Below, piece by piece: positions 40,598 through 51,193 of a DNA stretch of 64,000 bases (the stretch's first letter is position 1; the number at the start of each line of letters is the position of its first letter). The notes below the pieces were generated by a model that saw only the letters and a program-made list of their open reading frames with translations, was not told the origin of the DNA and searched no databases. This stretch comes from an uncultured Acidobacteriota bacterium (lineage in GTDB: Bacteria; Actinomycetota; Acidimicrobiia; Spongiisociales; ZC4RG35): assembly GCA_963734115.1 (NCBI GenBank), contig CAVTFV010000008.1:211581-275580 (forward strand), in the 5' to 3' direction. Position numbers and translations under genes: made by a program.

Positions 40598-41118
40598 CCT
40601 TGATCCTCCAGCTTCTTTGCCGCCCACATGACCGCCTTGACGATGTTCTGGTAGCCGGTGCAGCGGCAGAGATTGCCGCTCAATGCCCATCGGATCTCGT
40701 CCTCGGTCGGGTTCGGGTTCTCCTCGAGCAGGGCCTTGGAGGCCATCATCATCCCGGGAGTGCAGAACCCGCACTGGAGCCCGTGCTCCTCCTTGAACCC
40801 TTCCTGTATGGCGTGCAGCTCACTGGGACCTGCCAGGCCCTCAACGGTCATCACGTCATGCCCGTCGGCTTGGACGGCGAACATCGTGCAGCTCTTCACC
40901 GGCGTGCCGTCGAAGAGCACGGTGCATGCCCCGCAGTTGGAGGTGTCGCAGCCGGTGTGGGTGCCGGTGAGATGGAATCCCTGACGGAGGAGATGGGCGA
41001 GGACGAGACGGGGCTCGACCACGGCTGTTCGGGTCTCGCCGTTGACCGTGACTGTGATCTGCCTCGTCGGCGTCTCCGCGGCCGCCCCCGGGCTGACCTC
41101 TTGGAACAGGCTGGTCAT
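40594..41118 (-). CDS. coxS: CO dehydrogenase small [2Fe-2S] subunit CoxS
   Basis: 174 aa with both cysteine clusters ([11 protein letters not shown] and [10 protein letters not shown]...CRCTGY). Confidence 0.95.
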
Positions 41119-41119
41119 G

Positions 41120-41995
41120 TCAGGCCGCCTCCTCTTCCGATCGAATCAACCCGGTCAGGATCCTGCTGGTGAAGACGCTGACCAGCTGCTTCTTGTAGGA
41201 GGCGCTGCCTCGATGATCGGTCCGGGGTTGGGCTGCCTGCGCCGCCAGCGAGGCGGCCTCACCGATCACATCGGCTGTGAGCGAACTGCCAACCAGCACC
41301 TGGGCGGCATCATCGGCTGAGATGGTCGAAGGACCCACTCCGGTCAGGCCAATGCCCGCCCTGGTGACCTCACGGCCGTTTCGGTCGACGGAAACGGCGA
41401 CCCCGACCGTGGCGAAATCGCCCACGCGGCGCTCCAACTTCAGATAGCCGCCAGCCGGCTCGCCCTGGGGGGCGGGAGCGATCGCCTCCACCACCACCTC
41501 GTCGTAGGCGAGGTTTGTCTGGAACGGGCCGCGGACGAGCTCCTTGACCGGGATTGTCCGCCGGCCACCTTGACCCTGTGCCACAACCGAGGCATCCAAC
41601 GAGACCATCACCGATGCCCAGTCTCCCTGTGGGTCGGCGTGACACAGGGAACCGACCAGAGTGCCGCGATTTCGCACGATCGGGTCGGCGACGAGTGGCG
41701 CCGCCGCAGCCATGGTGGGCTGATGGCCGGCCAGCAACGAAGAGCGCTCCAGGTCGGCGTGACGGCACAGCGCCCCGACGTGGATCGATCCGTCGGCATC
41801 GATCCGGTGATAGTCCAAACCGGCAATCTCGTTGATGTCGACCAGCATCTCCGGGGAAGCGAACCGGAGCTTGATCATCGGGACCAGGCTCTGGCCTCCG
41901 GCCAGCACCTTGGCATCGCCACCCCCGTCGGCCAGGAGCGCGGAAGCTTCCTCGATCGACCTGGGAGCCTCGTAGCGAAATCGAGAGGGGTAGAT
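41120..41995 (-). CDS. coxM: CO dehydrogenase medium FAD-binding subunit CoxM; probable ATC initiation codon
   Basis: FAD-binding motifs ([28 protein letters not shown]). The N-terminus (I)[20 protein letters not shown] aligns to M-I-P-G-S-F-D-Y... of characterised CoxM, so the ATC at 41995..41993 sits at the initiator position. AAGGAGG lies 5 nt upstream. There is no in-frame ATG/GTG/TTG for 75 codons upstream. Confidence 0.85.
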   Translation of the reverse strand: MYPSRFRYEAPRSIEEASALLADGGGDAKVLAGGQSLVPMIKLRFASPEMLVDINEIAGLDYHRIDADGSIHVGALCRHADLERSSLLAGHQPTMAAAAPLVADPIVRNRGTLVGSLCHADPQGDWASVMVSLDASVVAQGQGGRRTIPVKELVRGPFQTNLAYDEVVVEAIAPAPQGEPAGGYLKLERRVGDFATVGVAVSVDRNGREVTRAGIGLTGVGPSTISADDAAQVLVGSSLTADVIGEAASLAAQAAQPRTDHRGSASYKKQLVSVFTSRILTGLIRSEEEAA

Positions 41996-42015
41996 GTCTG
42001 CCTCCTTGGTTTGCT

Positions 42016-42462
42016 TCAGGTCTGTGGCCCGAGCTGGTCTTGGGGCCCGGGCTGGGGGGCGGGAGATTCGGGCTCGGGCTGACGGAACGAAGACTGGGGG
42101 TCGGGGACGGCAACGGGTAGGGATTCCGCGGTCGGGTCGGGCCGGGGTTGCTGATGGGGCGGCCAGGGGCCCTGAACCGGCTGACCGGCGACCTTGAAGT
42201 AGTCGATGATCTCCGGCCACGCCCAGATCGTGGGGCTCTCGCCCTCCTTGGGGGCGTTCTCGATCAACTCATACAGCCGGGGATTGCCGCGGCTGTGCCC
42301 GGACGTCTCGACTGCCAAGGTCCACCTCCCAGTCTCGTGGGCCAACCGTTTGCAAACGAACGGCCGGACCACCAATTGCCACAAAGGATTCCGGCTGCAC
42401 CGGAATCCTGCCCGCCGGAACCTTACGCATTCGGCGCCCGTCGCGTCGGCCTTCTTGGCCAT
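42016..42462 (-). CDS. hypothetical protein with Pro-rich C-terminal tail
   Basis: ORF 42016..42522, with the start taken at the internal ATG ([11 protein letters not shown]). The segment [45 protein letters not shown] looks coding-like. This is a weak call. Confidence 0.25.
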   Translation of the reverse strand: MAKKADATGAECVRFRRAGFRCSRNPLWQLVVRPFVCKRLAHETGRWTLAVETSGHSRGNPRLYELIENAPKEGESPTIWAWPEIIDYFKVAGQPVQGPWPPHQQPRPDPTAESLPVAVPDPQSSFRQPEPESPAPQPGPQDQLGPQT

Positions 42463-42551
42463 TACGTCGGCGGCTCGGATCCGGTTCTCGTCGGTACGGC
42501 CAGCACACTTCCGTTTCGGCAAGGATGACCCGAACCTACGATCAGGGTGTC

Positions 42552-43448
42552 ATGACCAACGCAATATCCGTCTCCGGTCTCGTCAAGAACTTCGGGCACG
42601 TCCGGGCCCTCGACGGGCTCGACCTGGAGGTGGCACCCGGCGAGGTTCATGGCTTCCTCGGTCCCAACGGGGCGGGCAAGACCACCACCATCCGCGTCCT
42701 GCTCGGCCTCATCCGCCACGATGCCGGCACAGCTACTTTGTTGGGAGGCGACCCCTGGGCAGGGGCAACCGAGCTCCATCGACGGCTGGCCTATGTCCCC
42801 GGGGATGTGACGCTCTGGCCCAAGCTCACTGGGGGTGAGGTGATCGATCTCCTCGGCCGACTTCGGGGTGGCCTCGACGAGTCGAGAAAGGCGATGCTGC
42901 TGGAGCGATTCGACCTCGACCCCACGAAGAAGGGCCGGACGTACTCCAAGGGCAACCGTCAGAAGGTGGCCCTGATCGCCGCATTGGCCTCGGATGTCGA
43001 GCTCTTGATCCTGGACGAGCCGACTGCCGGTCTGGATCCGCTCATGGAGGAGCAGTTCCGCAAATGCATCGAGGAAGACCGGGCCACCGGGCGCACGGTG
43101 CTGCTGGCCAGTCACATCCTCGCCGAGGTCGAGGCCCTCTGTGACCGGGTCAGCATCATTCGCAAGGGCAAGACCGTGGAGAGCGGGACGCTTTCGGACC
43201 TGCGGCATCTGACACGCACGACCATCAGCGCCGAGTTGAGCTCGGACCCATCACCTGTTGCCGGGCTGTCCGGCGTTCACGACCTACGTCTCCACGATCA
43301 CAAGGTGGAGTTCGAAGTGGACTCCGACCGCCTCGATGAAGTTATCCGGACCCTCGCCCCTCTCGGCGTTCGCAGCCTGGTGAGCCATCCGCCCACACTC
43401 GAGGAGCTGTTTCTCCGGCACTACGAGGACGAAGAGGTCCCGGCGTGA
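42552..43448 (+). CDS. ABC transporter ATP-binding protein
   Basis: Walker [10 protein letters not shown], signature YSKGNRQKV, Walker B LLILDEP. Confidence 0.85.
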   Translation: MTNAISVSGLVKNFGHVRALDGLDLEVAPGEVHGFLGPNGAGKTTTIRVLLGLIRHDAGTATLLGGDPWAGATELHRRLAYVPGDVTLWPKLTGGEVIDLLGRLRGGLDESRKAMLLERFDLDPTKKGRTYSKGNRQKVALIAALASDVELLILDEPTAGLDPLMEEQFRKCIEEDRATGRTVLLASHILAEVEALCDRVSIIRKGKTVESGTLSDLRHLTRTTISAELSSDPSPVAGLSGVHDLRLHDHKVEFEVDSDRLDEVIRTLAPLGVRSLVSHPPTLEELFLRHYEDEEVPA

Positions 43449-45037
43449 CCTCCCTGGCGGGTACGGGGAAGCTCATCCGCCTGATCCTCCGCCGCGAGAG
43501 ACTCCGCCTCGGCATATGGGTGGTGGTCCTCGTGGTCGTCCCTGTCTTCACGGCAACTGCTTTCATCGACCTGTACCCCGACCAAGCATCACGCCAGGCG
43601 CTGGCGGCGACGGTCGCTTCCAGCCCAGCGCTCACTGCCCTTCTCGGACCGCTGTACGACTCGGGCATCGGCGGCCTCACCGCCTGGCGCGCCGGCACCC
43701 TGGGTGCGTTTTTCGTGGCCCTCATGGCGATCCTGACCATGATCCGGCACACCCGGGAAGAGGAGGAGACGGGCAGGCGCGAGTTGCTGGGGGCCACCGT
43801 TGTTGGGCGTCACGCCCCGTTGGTGGCTGCGTTGACCGTGACCATCGGAGCGGGTCTCCTCGTGGCCGGCCTGCTCACGGCGGGCTTGGCTGGAGTCGGG
43901 CTCCCGCTGGCAGGATCAATCGCATTCGGGCTGGGTTACGCCGGTGTCGCCGCGGTCTTTGCCGGAGTCGGCGCTGTCGCCGCACAGTTGACCGAGGCGT
44001 CCTCGACGGCGCGCGGGATCGGCGTCGGTATCGCCGGGGTCACCTTTCTCCTCCGCATGGCAGGCGACTCGGGTGGGGAGGCAATGGAGTGGGTGGCGTG
44101 GCTTTCACCGATCGGCTGGTTCAGCCGTTTGCGGCCCTTCGCCGATGAGCAGTGGTGGGTGCTCGTGCTCTGGCTGGGCCTCTCCGTGGTCCTCATCACG
44201 ACCGCCGCCCTGGTCGCCTCCAGACGGGACGTCGGCGCGGGTGCCCTCCCACCTCGGCCTGGCCCTGCCGATGCGGCTCCCGGATTCAGTAGCCCGCTCG
44301 GATTGGCGTGGCGTCTGCACCGCGGCTCCGTCTTGGGCTGGACGATCGGCCTGGCGGTGCTCGGGGCGGTCTATGGGGCCGCCGGAGACAGCATCCAGGG
44401 CATGCTCGAGGGCAATCCCCAACTGCAGGAGATATTCGAGCAAATGGGAGGTGCACAGGGGCTCACTGACACATTCTTCTCCACAGTCGTCGGGATCATC
44501 GCCCTCATCACTTCCGCCTACGCCATTCGAGCCGTTCTCCGTCTCGATGTGGAAGAGGAAGCCATGCGCGCCGAATGGATCCTTGCAACGGCAACTCCAC
44601 GTGCTCGCTTTGCATGGAGCCATTTGATCTTCGGATTGGCAGTGCCGGTCCTCATCCTTGCGGTCGCCGGTCTGGTAGCCGGTGCGACCTACGGGGCGAT
44701 CGTCGGCGATGTCGCCGACCAGGCCATGCGGGTACTCGGCGCGGCGATGCTTCAACTCCCGGCCGTCTGGATCCTCACCGGTACCGCCATGGCCTTGTAC
44801 GGCCTCGCCCCCAAACGTGTGAGCCTCAGCTGGGGGGTGCTGGTGGCGTGTCTGATCCTTGGTCAGCTCGGCCAGATCCTTCGCTTCCCGCAGTGGAGTC
44901 TGAACCTGTCCCCATTCACTCATATCCCGGTGTTCGCCGATGACATCGACGTGTTGCCCTTGGCGGTCCTCCTCGTCGTAGCCGTCGCTCTGATCGCGGC
45001 AGGTCTGGTCGGTTTCCGTCGACGCGACATGACCTAG
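43445..45037 (+). CDS. ABC-2 family transporter permease (multi-pass)
   Basis: 530 aa, about 12 predicted TM helices, translationally coupled to the ATPase gene. Confidence 0.8.
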   Translation: MTSLAGTGKLIRLILRRERLRLGIWVVVLVVVPVFTATAFIDLYPDQASRQALAATVASSPALTALLGPLYDSGIGGLTAWRAGTLGAFFVALMAILTMIRHTREEEETGRRELLGATVVGRHAPLVAALTVTIGAGLLVAGLLTAGLAGVGLPLAGSIAFGLGYAGVAAVFAGVGAVAAQLTEASSTARGIGVGIAGVTFLLRMAGDSGGEAMEWVAWLSPIGWFSRLRPFADEQWWVLVLWLGLSVVLITTAALVASRRDVGAGALPPRPGPADAAPGFSSPLGLAWRLHRGSVLGWTIGLAVLGAVYGAAGDSIQGMLEGNPQLQEIFEQMGGAQGLTDTFFSTVVGIIALITSAYAIRAVLRLDVEEEAMRAEWILATATPRARFAWSHLIFGLAVPVLILAVAGLVAGATYGAIVGDVADQAMRVLGAAMLQLPAVWILTGTAMALYGLAPKRVSLSWGVLVACLILGQLGQILRFPQWSLNLSPFTHIPVFADDIDVLPLAVLLVVAVALIAAGLVGFRRRDMT

Positions 45038-45067
45038 CGGTCACTCGCCACCTACCGTTCGCAGGAC

Positions 45068-46403
45068 ATGTTCGACAGCCTGACCCAACGATTCGAGGAC
45101 GTCTTTGCCTCGCTGCGAGGAAAAGGGCGTCTCTCCGAGAAGGACATCGACGCTGCTTTGCGCGAGGTCCGTCTCGCCCTGCTCGAAGCGGATGTCAACG
45201 TCAAGGTGGTCAAGGACTTCCTGGCTCGGGTCAAGGAACGGGCCATAGGGGAGGATGTCTCCAAGTCGCTCTCACCGGGCCAACAGGTGATCAAGATCGT
45301 CCACGAGGAGTTGGTGAGAACCCTCGGCTCGGAGGCGGTGCCGCTGAAGAAGGCCGCCCCGCCACTGACCATCCTCATGGTCGGGCTCCAAGGCTCGGGT
45401 AAGACCACTACCGCCGGCAAACTCGCCCGTCTGCTCAAGAGCCAGGGCAAGAAGCCATTGCTCGTGGCGGCAGACCTGCAGCGCCCCGCCGCGATCGACC
45501 AGCTCGAAACTCTTGGTGGCCGTATCGACGTCCCGGTCTTCGTCGATCGCAAGGGCAAACCCGCGCGCCTGGTCAAGGCCGCATTGAAGGAAGCGACGCG
45601 GACAGGGCGTGACGTGGTGATCGTCGATACCGCGGGCCGTCTTCAGATCGACCAACAGCTGATGCGTGAATTGGACGATGTCCGGAAGTCCGCCGACCCC
45701 GACGAGGTGCTTCTCGTCGTCGATGCCATGACCGGCCAGGATGCAGTCAATGTCGCTTCCGGCTTCCAGGAGCAGGTTGGCCTCACCGGCGTCGTCCTCT
45801 CCAAGCTCGACGGTGACGCACGAGGGGGGGCCGCGATCTCGGTGCGGGAAGTGACCGGGGCTCCGGTGAAATTCGCCGGCATGGGTGAGGGTCTCGACGA
45901 CCTCGAGCCGTTCTATCCCGACCGGATGGCCTCCCGGATCCTGGGCATGGGCGACGTGATGAGCCTGATAGAGAAGGCCGAGGCGACTTTCGACGAGGCG
46001 GAGGCGGAGAAGACCGCCAAGAAGCTGCAGAAGGGTGAATTCACCCTGGAGGACTTCCTCGCTCAGTTCCAGGCGATGAAGCAGATGGGGCCTCTCAAGG
46101 ACATCCTTGCTATGATCCCGGGTTCCGGTTCGCTCATGCGCGAGGTGGATGTCGACGACCGTGACCTGCGTCGCGTCGAGGCAATCATTCAGTCGATGAC
46201 TCCAGAAGAGCGCCGGAACCCAAAGCTCATCGGCGGCAGCCGAAAGCGCCGTATCGCTGTCCGGTTCGGGCACCAGGCCTCAGGACGTGAATCGGGTGCT
46301 CAAGCAGTTCGTCGACGCGCAGAAGATGATGAAGATGCTGGCCGGCGGCAAAGGGGCCCCCTCGTTGCAGGGTCTCTTCCCGGCACAGCGAACCAAGAGG
46401 TGA
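45068..46403 (+). CDS. ffh: signal recognition particle protein Ffh; single-base frameshift near 46258 in the M domain
   Basis: NG domain is intact ([15 protein letters not shown]). The true C-terminus, [50 protein letters not shown], is in the +1 frame. Removing one base from GCTGTCCGG restores it. This is an essential gene. Confidence 0.9.
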
Positions 46404-46407
46404 ATCG

Positions 46408-46890
46408 ATGGCCGTGAAGATGAGATTGATGCGGATGGGGAAGAAGAAGACCCCTTCGTATCGCGTCGTGGTGGTGGACGGCCGTGCGCCGCGTGATGGC
46501 CGCTACATCGAGCAGATCGGGCGGTACGACCCGCAGCAGGACCCATCGCTCGTCGAGATCGACAATGAGAAGGCCGCTTCGTGGCTGTCGAAGGGGGCAC
46601 AACCCACCGAGGCCGTCGAGAAGCTCCTCAACATCTCTGGGGCGATGAACACGATGAAGGTCCGCACCGGCCAGATCCACACCGTCGGCTCCACGCGCCC
46701 CGCGGCCGAGGAGGCCGCCAGTGGAGTCGCCGAGCCCGCTGCGGCTTCTGCCGCGGTGGATGAGCCGGTGGTCGAGACTTCCGCCTCTGAGGAGGCGGCC
46801 GACACCGAGACCCTGGCTGCTCAGGAGCCGGTAGTCGAAGAGCCGGTTGCCGAGGAGATAGCAGCCGACACGTCCAACGAGGAGGAGTGA
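46408..46890 (+). CDS. rpsP: 30S ribosomal protein S16 with acidic Ala/Glu-rich C-terminal extension
   Basis: [42 protein letters not shown]. Confidence 0.9.
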   Translation: MAVKMRLMRMGKKKTPSYRVVVVDGRAPRDGRYIEQIGRYDPQQDPSLVEIDNEKAASWLSKGAQPTEAVEKLLNISGAMNTMKVRTGQIHTVGSTRPAAEEAASGVAEPAAASAAVDEPVVETSASEEAADTETLAAQEPVVEEPVAEEIAADTSNEEE

Positions 46891-47144
46891 TCTTGGCCAA
46901 AGGCGAGATCGTCGAGCGAGTGGTGACCTATGTGGTCAAGAGCATCGTGGAAGAGCCCGACGAGGTCTCCGTGACGATGGTCGAGCAAGGGCCCGACGAG
47001 GTGGTGGCCGAGGTCCGCACCGCCAAGGGCGACATGGGCCGTGTCATCGGGCGCCGGGGCCGGGTGGCCAAGGCGATCCGTGCTGCCGCGGGTGCGGCCG
47101 GGGACGAAGAGGGCATCAACGCTGGCGTCGAGTTCCTCGACTGA
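46887..47144 (+). CDS. KH-domain RNA-binding protein (YlqC/UPF0109 family)
   Basis: 85 aa with the [20 protein letters not shown] motif, in the conserved position between rpsP and rimM. Confidence 0.8.
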   Translation: MILAKGEIVERVVTYVVKSIVEEPDEVSVTMVEQGPDEVVAEVRTAKGDMGRVIGRRGRVAKAIRAAAGAAGDEEGINAGVEFLD

Positions 47145-47160
47145 TCCCGAGCGATTCGTC

Positions 47161-47640
47161 ATCGGGAGGCTTGGACGGCCTCACGGGCTCGATGGCTATC
47201 TAGGGATCTACGTCGACGAAGAGGACACGGTCAGCCTCCAACCCGGTTCGACCGTCTATCTGGAGGACCGTCCGCATGTGGTGCGGGCGGTTCGTCGCGC
47301 CGACCGTGGTTTCCAGGTGGCATTCGAGGGGGTCGGCAGTAGGGAGGCCGCGGAGGAGATCAGGGGTTCCGTGGTTTCGGTCGATGAGCGCCGGCCGCTA
47401 GGGGATGGTGAGTTCTGGCCCGAGGACCTGATCGGGCTGAGCGTTTTCGAAGAGTCGGGTGCGCCGGTCGGAGTCGTCGAGCAGGTCGTCTTCGGGCCCG
47501 GGCAGGATCGTTTGGTGATCACCACCAACGATGGGGCCAGGTTCGAGGTCCCATTCGTCGACGAGTTGGTCCCGGTGGTCGACCTGGGCGCCCGACGAGT
47601 CGAGATCAACTCGATCCCAGGGTTGATCGAGCCGGGCTGA
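47161..47640 (+). CDS. rimM: 16S rRNA processing protein RimM (start codon unresolved)
   Basis: FVIGRLGRPHGLDGYLGIYV...PRC-barrel C-terminus. No ATG/GTG/TTG lies in frame between the KH gene stop (47144) and the conserved VIGRLG motif. The annotated start is the first in-frame ATC. The true start could be an indel-masked codon near 47145-47160. Confidence 0.7.
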   Translation: MGRLGRPHGLDGYLGIYVDEEDTVSLQPGSTVYLEDRPHVVRAVRRADRGFQVAFEGVGSREAAEEIRGSVVSVDERRPLGDGEFWPEDLIGLSVFEESGAPVGVVEQVVFGPGQDRLVITTNDGARFEVPFVDELVPVVDLGARRVEINSIPGLIEPG

Positions 47641-47700
47641 CACGATCCGGTCACTACTAAATTGAGCGTCTGATCAAAAAATCCTCGACGGGAGCACACC

Positions 47701-48864
47701 ATGCCCGAAGCAGTGATCGTCGCCACCACCCGCTCTCCCATAGGCCGTGCCTACAAGGGGTCACTCATCGACGTCCGCGCCGATGACCTGGCGGGCTTCG
47801 CCATCGACGCCGTGATGTCGAAGGTTCCGGAGGTGGATCGCGCCTCGGTAGCGGATGTGATGATTGGTTGCGCCCTCACCCACCACGAGCAGGGGTTCAA
47901 CGTGGCCCGACCGGCTTCCCTCCTCGGCGGGATGCCAGAGAGTGTGCCGGCCACCACCGTAAATCGCTTCTGCGCTTCGTCTTTGCAGACGATCCGCATG
48001 GCCTTTCACGCCATCGAGCTGGGCGAAGGGGACACGTACGTAGCGGGAGGCGTCGACTCGGTGACCCGGACCTATGGCAAGGGATTCGACAGCGACGACC
48101 TCAATCCGCGATTCACCGACGAGACCCGCGACGACTTCATCGACCAGGTATACATCCCAATGGGAAACACTGCCGAGAACGTCGCGGAGCGATACGGGAT
48201 CACCCGGGAGCGCATGGACGAGTTCGCCAAGCGATCTCAGGACCGGGCGGTCGAGGCACAGAAGAACGGCTTCTTCGACCGGGAGATCACACCGATCGAG
48301 GTGCCCGACGGTCGTACCATCGCCGTCGACGACGGGCCCCGTCCCAACACCACCCTCGAGAAGCTGGCCGAGCTCCCGCCGGTCTTCAAACCCGACGGCA
48401 CTGTGACCGCAGGCAATTCGTGCCCGCTCAATGATGGTTCCGCCGCCGTCCTGGTCATGTCCTCCGACAGGGCGTCGGAACTGGGGCTGCAACCAACGGC
48501 CCGGATCATCGCCTCCTCTGTCGTCGGCCTCGAGCCGGAGTACATGGGAATGGGCCCGGTGGGTGCGGTGAGAGCCGTGCTTGCCCAGGCCGACATGGAG
48601 CTCGGGGACATCGACATCATCGAGATCAACGAGGCGTTTGCCGCGCAGGTCCTGGCCAGCGCCGATGAGCTTGGCATCGACATGGACAAGCTGAACCCTC
48701 ATGGTGGGGCGATCGCCCTCGGCCATCCCTTCGGCATGACCGGAGCCCGGATAATGGGAACCCTGATCAACGATCTCCGGACCCTCGACAAGACAATCGG
48801 CCTCGAGACGATGTGTGTCGGCGGAGGTCAGGGGATGGCGATGATCGTGGAGCGTCTGAGCTAG
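47701..48864 (+). CDS. acetyl-CoA C-acyltransferase (thiolase)
   Basis: 387 aa with active-site NRFCASSLQ, a GNSCPLNDGSAA region, and C-terminal GHPFGMTGAR...CVGGGQG. Confidence 0.9.
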   Translation: MPEAVIVATTRSPIGRAYKGSLIDVRADDLAGFAIDAVMSKVPEVDRASVADVMIGCALTHHEQGFNVARPASLLGGMPESVPATTVNRFCASSLQTIRMAFHAIELGEGDTYVAGGVDSVTRTYGKGFDSDDLNPRFTDETRDDFIDQVYIPMGNTAENVAERYGITRERMDEFAKRSQDRAVEAQKNGFFDREITPIEVPDGRTIAVDDGPRPNTTLEKLAELPPVFKPDGTVTAGNSCPLNDGSAAVLVMSSDRASELGLQPTARIIASSVVGLEPEYMGMGPVGAVRAVLAQADMELGDIDIIEINEAFAAQVLASADELGIDMDKLNPHGGAIALGHPFGMTGARIMGTLINDLRTLDKTIGLETMCVGGGQGMAMIVERLS

Positions 48865-50345
48865 CCGGCCTCAGCGCTACCGGTCATCTCGCCGCGGGCC
48901 CACGCCGTCGCCTCACGCACCCTGTCGTGGCCACTGTTCACCGCCACCATCAGGAAGTCACCCGAGGCGAACACCGTGTCCGCCGTTGGGATCGTTGCCT
49001 TGTGATCCCGGATCATCGTCGTGATCAGCATTCCATCCGGGGGCGGGTTGCTTCCAAGACTGGTGCCGACCAGCGCTAGGTCATCGGTCACCTCGATCTC
49101 GATGAGGTCTACGTCCACGTCTTCCAGCTCCACGGCATCGGCGATGGATTGCCACGCTGGCCGATCGACCACGAGGTCGAGACGCTTGGCGAGGGGCCCA
49201 ATCGTGGTGCCCTGGAGAAGAGCTGACACGAGCACCACGAAGAACACGATGTTGAAGATGGTGTCACCGAGGGCCACTCCCGCAGTGGCCGGGAACGTGG
49301 CGAGGACGATAGGTAGTGCTCCCCGCAATCCTGCCCAGGAGAGAAAGGTCATCTCCTTCCAGGACAATCGGAAGGGGAGCATGGCTAGGACCACCGCCAG
49401 GGGCCGGCCCACCAACAACAAGATGGCGGCCACCGCCAACGCCTCGACTGCGACTCCGGGCAATTCGGCCGGGAACACGAGCAGCCCCAGCAGGAGAAAC
49501 AACGCGATGTCGGCCCCGTTGGCCAGGCTGGCGTGGAAGCTCCGCACGACCCTGCGGTGACGCGGGGCCAGGGCACCGATCATGAGCCCGCAGATGTAGA
49601 CCGCCAGGAATCCCGAGCTCCCGATGTAGGCAGCTACCGCGAAGGTGAGTCCGGCCATGGCCAGGGCCAACAGCGGATAGAGACCGGAAGATCTCAATCG
49701 AAGCCGCAGCAGTCTGGAGCCGATCCAGCCTCCAAGCAGGCCAACCGCAATGCCTCCAATTAGTTGCCGGGCACCAAACAACAGCCAGTCCTCGACGCCG
49801 GGATTCGACCTGGTGACCTCGATGAGACCGATGGTGAGGAGGATGGCGAAGGGGTCGTTCACACCCGACTCGACCTCGAGGATTCCGGCCAGGCGCTTTG
49901 GGATCGGAGTGCGACGGATGACGTCGAACACGACCGCGGCATCGGTGGAGGCGACTACCGCCCCGATGATGAGGGCCGTCTCCCATCCGGTATCGAATAG
50001 AAGCTGCACGCCGGCGGCAACCACACCGGCGCTGACCAGGACGCCGACGTTGGCGAGGACGAATCCCGGTACGCCCGACTCTCGAAGGACGGACGGCTTG
50101 GTGGTGAGGCCGCCCTCGAAGAGGATGATCATGAGGGCGACGACGCTGATGTCCCTGACCATCGCCATGTCGCTGACTTCGACCAGCCCGAGGACATCGC
50201 TTCCGAAGAGGATGCCGATCCCGAGCGAGAGGAGGGCGGCGGGCACCCTGAGCCGATCGGAAGCTCCGACGATGAGGACCCCGATGACCATGAGCCCGGC
50301 TGCGACCAGCAGAATGCCGTCGACCGGGAGGTGTTCGACAGTCAC
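48861..50345 (-). CDS. monovalent cation/H+ antiporter (CPA1 family, NhaP-type) with C-terminal TrkA-C-like domain
   Basis: 494 aa. 12-13 TM helices followed by a soluble C-terminal domain. Confidence 0.85.
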   Translation of the reverse strand: MTVEHLPVDGILLVAAGLMVIGVLIVGASDRLRVPAALLSLGIGILFGSDVLGLVEVSDMAMVRDISVVALMIILFEGGLTTKPSVLRESGVPGFVLANVGVLVSAGVVAAGVQLLFDTGWETALIIGAVVASTDAAVVFDVIRRTPIPKRLAGILEVESGVNDPFAILLTIGLIEVTRSNPGVEDWLLFGARQLIGGIAVGLLGGWIGSRLLRLRLRSSGLYPLLALAMAGLTFAVAAYIGSSGFLAVYICGLMIGALAPRHRRVVRSFHASLANGADIALFLLLGLLVFPAELPGVAVEALAVAAILLLVGRPLAVVLAMLPFRLSWKEMTFLSWAGLRGALPIVLATFPATAGVALGDTIFNIVFFVVLVSALLQGTTIGPLAKRLDLVVDRPAWQSIADAVELEDVDVDLIEIEVTDDLALVGTSLGSNPPPDGMLITTMIRDHKATIPTADTVFASGDFLMVAVNSGHDRVREATAWARGEMTGSAEAG

Positions 50346-50452
50346 GCTATGAGGCTGTGGTCGATGGACATGTCAACTCTCCGGATGAGCCGGGGGAATC
50401 GCCCGGGAACCGAGGATATCGGCGATCTCTGCCCCGCCCTAGCCTTCCCGAC

Positions 50453-51136
50453 GTGCGCATCAACGTGGTGACCATGTTCCCCGGCTTCTTCGATGGCGCT
50501 CTCGGTGTCTCGATCGTGGCTCGGGGAATCGAGGCCGGTCTGCTCGAAGTCGACCTCCTCGACCTGCGCGAGCACGGCCTGGGTCGGCATCGACAGCTGG
50601 ACGACGCCCCCTTTGGCGGCGGGCCGGGGATGGTGATGATGGTCGAGCCTTTGGCCGCCGCATTGGAGCCGCTGGCAGACACCCATCGCGTCCTGTTCAC
50701 CCCTGCAGGGACGGCACTGACCCAGTCCACGCTCGACCGATGGGCCGGAATGCCCGTGATCACGTTCGTTTGCGGTCGATTCGAGGGCGTGGACCAGCGG
50801 GTGGTGGACCACTACGTCGATGAAGAGACATCCGTCGGCGACTTCGTCCTGGCCGGGGGCGAGGTGGTCGCCGCCCTCGCCATCGAGGGCATTGCCCGTC
50901 TGCTACCCGGTGTCGTGGGGAATCCCGACTCGACAGAGAGCGAGTCGTTCCGGGACGGGCTGATCGAGGAGCCGGTGTACACCCGGCCTGCCGACTTCAA
51001 GGGTTGGCAGGTACCCGAGGTGCTGCTCTCGGGCAACCACGCGCTGGTCGAGGAGTGGAGAAGAGAGCAGAGAATACGACGCACCCGGGAGCGCCGACCA
51101 GACCTCCTGCCGGATGGCGAGACTCCGGATACCTGA
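50453..51136 (+). CDS. trmD: tRNA (guanine37-N1)-methyltransferase
   Basis: GTG start giving VRINVVTMFPGFFDG. The SPOUT knot region is VLAGGEVVAALAIEG. Confidence 0.9.
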   Translation: MRINVVTMFPGFFDGALGVSIVARGIEAGLLEVDLLDLREHGLGRHRQLDDAPFGGGPGMVMMVEPLAAALEPLADTHRVLFTPAGTALTQSTLDRWAGMPVITFVCGRFEGVDQRVVDHYVDEETSVGDFVLAGGEVVAALAIEGIARLLPGVVGNPDSTESESFRDGLIEEPVYTRPADFKGWQVPEVLLSGNHALVEEWRREQRIRRTRERRPDLLPDGETPDT

Positions 51137-51193
51137 TACAATTCGCCTCGGCCGGGACTACCGAGCTACTCCCGGCGCCTCTAGGAGTCCTCC

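Noticed and set aside
41996-42220. 75-codon N-terminal extension of coxM from the ATG at 42220
   Set aside because: The extension is R/P/A-rich low complexity with no similarity to CoxM. The characterised CoxM N-terminus aligns exactly from the ATC codon, which has a perfect SD.
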